From: an uncultured Bacilli bacterium
GTDB lineage: Bacteria; Bacillota_I; Bacilli_A; RF39; UBA660
Assembly (NCBI GenBank): GCA_934141615.1
Contig: CAKPCM010000001.1
Coordinates: 1 to 53,632, forward strand
Direction of reading: 5' to 3'
Length of the DNA stretch: 53,632 bases
Of this stretch, positions 48,057 through 53,632 are shown piece after piece (position 1 is the first letter of the stretch; every line of letters begins with the position of its first letter). The position numbers and the translations under genes are program-made. The notes under the pieces were generated by a model. The model was not told where the DNA came from. It did no database searches and saw only the letters and a list, made by a program, of their open reading frames with translations.

Positions 48057-48659
48057 ATGAAAAAAATTAAAACAAATTTAAAAGATTGCTATATTTTAGA
48101 GCCTAGCGTATTTGGTGATGATAGAGGATATTTTAGCCCATATTTTATCCAAAAAGATTTAGAAAAGGAAGGATTATTTTTTGAAAAAGTAGTTCAAACT
48201 AACAGATCCAAATCATCAAAAGGTGTAGTTAGAGGATTACATTTTCAAAAGAACCCAAAATGTCAGACAAAAATTGTTGAGGTAATAAATGGTTCTGCGA
48301 TAGATGTTGTAGTTGATATAAGAGAGGGTTCTCCTACTTATGGGAAACACGCAGCAGTATTATTAAAACCATATGACTCTAAGGATCCTGAAAGTGGAAG
48401 GCAATTATATGTTCCAAGAGGATTTGCACATGGATTTATAAGTCTTGAGGATAATACAATTTTTCAATACCTAATAGATAATGATTACGCCCCAGATATG
48501 GAAGGTGGTATTTTATGGAATGATGAAGAGTTAAATATTCCATGGAATAAAATGTTTGTTGATAATGGAATAGATGAACCATTATTATCTGAAAAAGATC
48601 AAAAACATTTAGCACTATCTAAAAGTCCAAAATATTTTAAATATGAAGGTGATAAGTAA
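48057..48659 (+). CDS. rfbC: dTDP-4-dehydrorhamnose 3,5-epimerase
   Basis: FGDDRGYF … VRGLHFQ … VPRGFAHGF. Confidence 0.92.
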   Translation: MKKIKTNLKDCYILEPSVFGDDRGYFSPYFIQKDLEKEGLFFEKVVQTNRSKSSKGVVRGLHFQKNPKCQTKIVEVINGSAIDVVVDIREGSPTYGKHAAVLLKPYDSKDPESGRQLYVPRGFAHGFISLEDNTIFQYLIDNDYAPDMEGGILWNDEELNIPWNKMFVDNGIDEPLLSEKDQKHLALSKSPKYFKYEGDK

Positions 48660-49618
48660 TGAAATCATTTATAACTGGATTTAAAGGTCAATTAGGATAT
48701 GATTTGGCCAAAGAATTATGTAAAAGAGGAGAAAATGAAATAACAGTAAGCGATAGAAGTGAGCTTGATGAAGAAATTAATAAAAGGTCAATAGGTTTGA
48801 TGGAAAATGAAAATTTAAATTATTCATCTCTTGATATAACTGATAAAGATGCTGTTATGGATTTAATAAAAAGCGTTAAGCCAGATGTTATTTTTCATTG
48901 TGCGGCTTGGACGAATGTTGATGGAGCAGAGGACAATTATGATGCTTGTTATAAAGTTAATGTAATTGGAACTAAAAACTTAACTGAAGCAGCAAGGGAA
49001 ATTGGTGCAAAAATTATTTATATTTCTTCTGATTATGTTTTTGATGGAACAAAAGAAGGAACGTATAGTGAAACCGATAAAACAAATCCATTAAATGCTT
49101 ACGGCAAGACAAAGTTTTTAGGCGAAGAAGAAGTAAGAAAATATCCAAAGCATTATATAGTTAGAATTTCTTGGGTTTATGGTATAAATGGTAATAATTT
49201 TGTTAAAACAATGTTAAAGCTATCTGATTCACATAATACATTGACCGTTGTGAATGACCAAATTGGCTCTCCAACGTATACTAAAGATGTATCAAGACTT
49301 CTAGTAGATATGGCTAAGACTGATAAATATGGTACTTATCATGGAACAAATGAAGATTACTGTTCGTGGGCTGATTTTGCAAGAGAAATATTTAAGATTA
49401 ATAAAAAGGATGTTAATGTAGTAGGCGTTACTACCGAAGAATATTATAGTGGTAAAAAAATTGCTAAAAGACCACTTAATTCAAAATTATCTAAGGAAAA
49501 ACTAAAAAATGCAGGTTTTGATTTATTACCTACATGGAAAGATGCACTAGTTAGATATTCTGATGAATTAGAAAATGAAGAAAAAACAGAAGTATTTGTA
49601 AAGAAAGGAAATAATTAA
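48659..49618 (+). CDS. rfbD: dTDP-4-dehydrorhamnose reductase
   Basis: ITGFKGQLG … HCAAWTNVD … YGKTKFLGE … RISWVYG. Confidence 0.9.
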   Translation: MKSFITGFKGQLGYDLAKELCKRGENEITVSDRSELDEEINKRSIGLMENENLNYSSLDITDKDAVMDLIKSVKPDVIFHCAAWTNVDGAEDNYDACYKVNVIGTKNLTEAAREIGAKIIYISSDYVFDGTKEGTYSETDKTNPLNAYGKTKFLGEEEVRKYPKHYIVRISWVYGINGNNFVKTMLKLSDSHNTLTVVNDQIGSPTYTKDVSRLLVDMAKTDKYGTYHGTNEDYCSWADFAREIFKINKKDVNVVGVTTEEYYSGKKIAKRPLNSKLSKEKLKNAGFDLLPTWKDALVRYSDELENEEKTEVFVKKGNN

Positions 49619-49620
49619 TT

Positions 49621-50646
49621 ATGAGTAAATTTTTAATAACTGGAGGAGCTGGATTTATTGGCAGTAACTATTTACACTATGTAGTAGACAAGTATCCAGA
49701 AGATGAATTTGTATGTTTAGATGCATTAACTTATGCAGGAAACTACAATAATATTAAGGAATTAGAACAAAAGTCAAATTATAAATTTGTTAAAATGGAC
49801 ATAAGGGATAAAGATGCAATTTTAGAACTATTTAAAAGTGAAAAATTCGATTACGTAATAAATTTTGCAGCAGAATCACATGTTGATAATTCTATTAAGA
49901 ATCCAAATATATTTGCAGAAACTAATATTTTAGGTACTATGAATTTACTTAATGCTGCAAAATATATGAGAGATGTAGAGAATCATCCTCTTGTAAGGTA
50001 TCATCAAGTGTCCACTGATGAGGTTTATGGTGATTTACCTTTAGATAGACCTGATTTAAAATTTACAGAGGAAACTCCTATTCATACATCTAGCCCTTAT
50101 TCGGCATCAAAAGCAAGTGCTGATTTAGAAGTTTTGGCATATGCTAGAACATTTAAATTACCTATAACAATTTCAAGATGTTCAAATAACTATGGACCTT
50201 ATCAATTTCCTGAAAAATTAATTCCACTTATGGTAAGTAAGGCATTAAATAATGAATCATTACCAGTTTATGGTACTGGAGAAAACGTAAGAGATTGGAT
50301 ACATGTTCATGATCATAATGTTGGAGTTGATATGATTGTAAGACATGGTAAAGAAGGGGAAATATATAACCTAGGTGGCCATTCTGAAAGAACTAATATT
50401 GAAATGGTTAAAACGATATTAAAACAGTTAGGAAAACCAGAAAGTTTAATTACATTTGTTCAAGATAGAGCAGGTCATGACAGAAGATATGCTATTGATT
50501 CTACAAAAGCTGAAAGAGAATTAGGATGGAATAGATCATATACTTTTGATGAGGGTATTAAAGAAACAATTAATTGGTATGTTGATAACCAAGAATGGAT
50601 TGATGACATAAAATCTGGTTCTTATAGAAACAGTTATAAAGGATAA
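49621..50646 (+). CDS. rfbB: dTDP-glucose 4,6-dehydratase
   Basis: ITGGAGFIGSN … STDEVYG … YSASKASAD … RDWIHVHDH. Confidence 0.95.
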   Translation: MSKFLITGGAGFIGSNYLHYVVDKYPEDEFVCLDALTYAGNYNNIKELEQKSNYKFVKMDIRDKDAILELFKSEKFDYVINFAAESHVDNSIKNPNIFAETNILGTMNLLNAAKYMRDVENHPLVRYHQVSTDEVYGDLPLDRPDLKFTEETPIHTSSPYSASKASADLEVLAYARTFKLPITISRCSNNYGPYQFPEKLIPLMVSKALNNESLPVYGTGENVRDWIHVHDHNVGVDMIVRHGKEGEIYNLGGHSERTNIEMVKTILKQLGKPESLITFVQDRAGHDRRYAIDSTKAERELGWNRSYTFDEGIKETINWYVDNQEWIDDIKSGSYRNSYKG

Positions 50647-50669
50647 TGGATTTATTCCATTATTTTTTA
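50643..50669 (+). terminator. Intrinsic terminator after rfbB
   Basis: ATAATGGA / TCCATTAT hairpin plus a T-run. Overlaps the stop codon. Confidence 0.7.
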
Positions 50670-50722
50670 TTTTGCATAATTTTTAATAAATGGTATAATT
50701 AGTTAGTCAAGAGGTGATTTGA

Positions 50723-51652
50723 TTGAAAATGAATAGCAAAAAAATAGCAGTATTAATACCTTGTTATAATGAATCAAAAACAATAGAAAAAGTAGTAAAA
50801 GATTATAAAAAAGCATTGCCAGAAGCAGATATATATGTTTATGATAATAATTCTACCGATGGTACAGATAAAATTGCAGAAAAAGCAGGTGCTATTGTAA
50901 AATATGAATATCGTCAAGGTAAAGGTAACGTAATAAGAAGTATGTTTAGGGATATAGATGCTGATTGTTACCTTATGATTGATGGTGATGATACATATCC
51001 AGCGGAAAATGCTAGAGAAATGTGTGATTTAATATTAAATAAAAGAGCTGATATGGTAATAGGTGATAGATTATCTAGTACTTATTTCACTGAAAATAAA
51101 AGACCATTTCATAATTTAGGAAACAAGATGGTTAGATTCTTAATTAATAAGTTGTTTAACAATAAGGTTAAAGATATTATGACTGGTTATAGAGCATTTT
51201 CTTATGAATTTGTTAAAGGTTTTCCAGTTTTATCAAAGGGATTTGAAATAGAAACTGAAATGACTATTCATGCAGTTGATAAGAACTTTAAACTAGTGGA
51301 AATCCCGGTTAATTATAAAGATAGACCAGAAGGATCAGTCTCTAAATTAAATACTTATAGTGATGGATTTAAGGTACTAAAAACAATAGCAACTTTATTT
51401 AAGGAATATAAACCTGCTGAATTTTTTAATATTATAAGTGTAATATGTTTAATAATATCACTTATATTAGGAATTCCTGTTGTAACGGAGTATTTTAAGA
51501 CGGGATTAGTTCCGAGATTTCCTACTTTAATAGTCTCAGGAATAGCACTTCTTGTTTCATTATTATTATGTATAACTGGTATAATTTTACAAGTAATAGT
51601 AAAGAAACATAAACAATTATATGAATTATATTTAAATACACTAAGGAAGTAA
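50723..51652 (+). CDS. GT2 polyprenyl-phosphate glycosyltransferase (GtrB/CsbB-like) with two C-terminal TM helices
   Basis: LIPCYNESKTIEKVV…DNNSTDGT…IDGDDTY plus a C-terminal TM pair. Alternative start at ATG 50729. Confidence 0.8.
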   Translation: MKMNSKKIAVLIPCYNESKTIEKVVKDYKKALPEADIYVYDNNSTDGTDKIAEKAGAIVKYEYRQGKGNVIRSMFRDIDADCYLMIDGDDTYPAENAREMCDLILNKRADMVIGDRLSSTYFTENKRPFHNLGNKMVRFLINKLFNNKVKDIMTGYRAFSYEFVKGFPVLSKGFEIETEMTIHAVDKNFKLVEIPVNYKDRPEGSVSKLNTYSDGFKVLKTIATLFKEYKPAEFFNIISVICLIISLILGIPVVTEYFKTGLVPRFPTLIVSGIALLVSLLLCITGIILQVIVKKHKQLYELYLNTLRK

Positions 51653-51655
51653 AAT

Positions 51656-52093
51656 ATGAAGAAAATATGGAATTTATATAAGAAGTATGAAGAGGTTGTA
51701 AATTATTTGGTTGTGGGTGGATTAACAACTATTGTTGCAATTGGATCAAAACTTTTATTTTTAGCTACCATTTTAGATCAAACAAATGGTTTAGAACTTC
51801 AAATAGCAGAAATTATTTCTTGGTTTTTAGCAATAACATTTGCCTATGTAACAAACAGAATATTTGTATTTAAATCAAAAACAAAAGGAAGTAAATGTGC
51901 TAGAGAAATTTTTAATTTCTTTAAGGGGAGGATAGCAACTCAACTTATTCAAATGTTTATAATGTGGTTTTTTGTAACACTTCTTAAACTTGATTCTAAC
52001 GTTTGGGTTCTTGTATTTACTTTGGTTTGCCAAGTTATGCAGATAGTACTTAATTATGTTATAAGTAAGTTACTAGTTTTTAAAAAATCATAA
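51656..52093 (+). CDS. GtrA-family membrane protein (lipid-linked sugar translocase-like)
   Basis: Four TM segments, VNYLVVGGLTTIV … NRIFVFKS motif, directly follows the GtrB-like gene. Confidence 0.8.
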   Translation: MKKIWNLYKKYEEVVNYLVVGGLTTIVAIGSKLLFLATILDQTNGLELQIAEIISWFLAITFAYVTNRIFVFKSKTKGSKCAREIFNFFKGRIATQLIQMFIMWFFVTLLKLDSNVWVLVFTLVCQVMQIVLNYVISKLLVFKKS

Positions 52094-52127
52094 ACTAATG
52101 AAGGATATATAATTTAATTTAATAAAC

Positions 52128-52172
52128 TCTCTAAATTTTTGAAATATTTTTCAGAAATTTAGGGGGTTTTTT
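52128..52172 (+). terminator. Intrinsic terminator closing the glycopolymer locus
   Basis: CTCTAAATTTTTGAAA / TTTCAGAAATTTAGGG long imperfect hairpin followed by GGTTTTTT. Confidence 0.7.
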
Positions 52173-52342
52173 AAATTTTTGGATAATTATTTATGTGGTA
52201 GGAAGTAAGTATCTTTTTCAAAATAGATTATATAAATAAAAATCGTAAGAAAGATAAATGATGTTAAATTGACGAATTTCACTTGATATTTTTTGTTCAA
52301 GAATCTTGAAAGATAGAAACATCATAAAGAAAGGAGAAAATA

Positions 52343-53392
52343 ATGGATTATTATAAGAAAACAAAAAATGAATTAACAAATAACGATAATGAAGTAAATA
52401 ATATTTTTGATAATATCAAAGATTTAGTTATAAATAGTAGAAATAAAGTTTATCAAACTGTGAATACAGAAATGCTTAATTTGTATTGGAATATAGGAAA
52501 ATCAATTATGGAAATACAACAAGGTGATGAAAGAGCAAGTTATGGGGATTCTGTACTAGTTAAATTATCTCAAAAATTAACTAATGAATTTGGAAAAGGA
52601 TTTTCTAAGAGAAATCTAGAAAGAATGAGAAAATTTTATATATGCTTTCCAATTGCGACAACAGTGTCGTCGCAATTAAGTTGGTCTCATTATTTAGAAC
52701 TTATTAAAATAGATGAAGAATCAAAAAGAAATTTTTATTTAAAAGAAACGATTAATTCAAAATGGAGTGTTAGAGAACTTTAAAGACAAAGAGATTCACT
52801 ACTTTATGAAAGATTAACTTTATCCGCTGATAAAGAAAAAATACTTGAATTATCCGAAAAAGGCCAAATTTTAAAAACAAGTAAAGATTTAGTAAAAGAT
52901 CCTTTTGTATTAGAATTTTTAGATATAAAAGAAAATACAGGCTATTTAGAATCTGATTTAGAAAAGAATATTATTGAACATTTAAAAGAATTTTTATTAG
53001 AATTAGGAAAAGGTTTTAGTTATGTAGGTAATCAAGTAAGATTAACATTAGAAGAAGATCATTTTTATCCAGACTTAGTTTTTTACAATAGACTTTTAAG
53101 ATGTTTTGTGATTATTGATTTGAAAATAGGAAAAGTATCACATCAAGATATTGGACAAATAAAGATGTATGTTAATTACTACGATAGAGAAATAAAACAA
53201 TCTGACGAAAATCCAACAGTCGGAATACTACTATCGACAAATAAAAATGAAACAGTTGTAAAATATACATTACCAGAAGATAATAAAACAATATTTTCTT
53301 TTGAGTATAAACTACATATGCCAACTGAACAAGAATTAATTAGTGCTGTTGAGGAAGAAAAGAAAAATTTCAAATTAAATGAAGAAAATTAA
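52343..53392 (+). pseudogene. DUF1016/YhcG-family PD-(D/E)xK nuclease gene interrupted by a single in-frame TAA (52781-52783)
   Basis: ORFs 52343..52783 and 53108..53392 are in the same frame. Translating across the TAA gives a continuous YhcG-like protein (…WSVREL*RQRDSLLYERL…FYPDLVFYNRLLRCFVIIDLKIGK…) with no other stop. Confidence 0.8.
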
Positions 53393-53442
53393 TCATGGTA
53401 AATTAAAGCTAATTGCTAAATAATAAGTTGATTTCAAATGAA

Positions 53443-53556
53443 GCGATTAATCAAGATCCAATTACTAGTATTATCGTGTGTAAAAAGAAAAATAGTTATC
53501 TATTTAAATATGTGACTAATGAAAAGATATATGAAAGAGAATACGAATTAGTGTAA
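53443..53556 (+). pseudogene. 3' remnant (last 37 codons + stop) of a third DUF1016 gene, paralogous to 26464-26577
   Basis: Translates to AINQDPITSIIVCKKKNSYLFKYVTNEKIYEREYELV*. Hand alignment to 26464-26577 gives 97/114 identical nt. No upstream coding part remains. Confidence 0.75.
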
Positions 53557-53632
53557 AGAAAGACTCTTATAATAAAAACTAGGTAAGTCAAGTAATGCAA
53601 AATTTGATAAAATTAATCTAGGAGGATGATGT

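Noticed and set aside
25687-53556. 27-kb mobile island bounded by the direct DUF1016 repeats
   Set aside because: The interval contains core sporulation genes (spoVIF, spoIVA) and no recombinase. The repeat is only ~114 nt at ~85% identity. It is more likely independent DUF1016 insertions and decay than island boundaries.
53615-53632. AGGAGG + ATGATG at the very end of the window
   Set aside because: It is probably the start of another gene, but only two codons are visible, so it cannot be supported as a feature.

Overview
About 53.6 kb of very AT-rich Bacillota chromosome from an endospore former. spoIVA, spoVIF, yunB and an alpha/beta SASP with a sigma-G-type promoter are all present. The window probably starts at a contig break inside an rRNA operon: a 23S 3' end is followed by an unusually short 5S. 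Left to right: an orphan RHH gene; tsaE-tsaB-rimI-tsaD; an orphan pseudopilin; a 1.9-kb two-gene cassette (TM2-HNH-SHOCT nuclease plus a SHOCT membrane protein) bracketed by a duplicated 48-nt terminator; a reverse-strand NitT/TauT-type ABC importer; a VanW-family protein behind an 18-bp tandem-repeat leader; a RelE-like toxin with a fused XRE-ImmA partner; housekeeping genes (pcrA, rluB, ferredoxin, yunB, yutD, SASP, ackA, nrnA-like, MYG1-like, engB, der); a DUF1016/YhcG nuclease-like gene; spoVIF and spoIVA; and a two-gene operon encoding a MazG-like NTP pyrophosphohydrolase and a GIY-YIG/DUF2075 P-loop ATPase. The right ~21 kb is a mosaic cell-wall glycopolymer locus split by several intrinsic terminators. 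It holds GT4/GT2/GT32-like transferases, TagGH-like ABC export, a TagF-like glycerophosphotransferase, a DUF2142 polytopic protein, GT2+DUF2304, a Wzx-like flippase, a ChW-repeat GH25 muramidase, rfbACDB and a GtrB/GtrA-like pair. The window ends with a second DUF1016 gene carrying one in-frame stop and a 3' remnant of a third copy. I saw no transposase, integrase, tRNA or CRISPR array. The best candidates for an undescribed conflict or defence module are the terminator-flanked TM2-HNH/SHOCT cassette and the MazG-like + GIY-YIG/DUF2075 operon. All domain calls come from reading motifs by eye, not from database searches.
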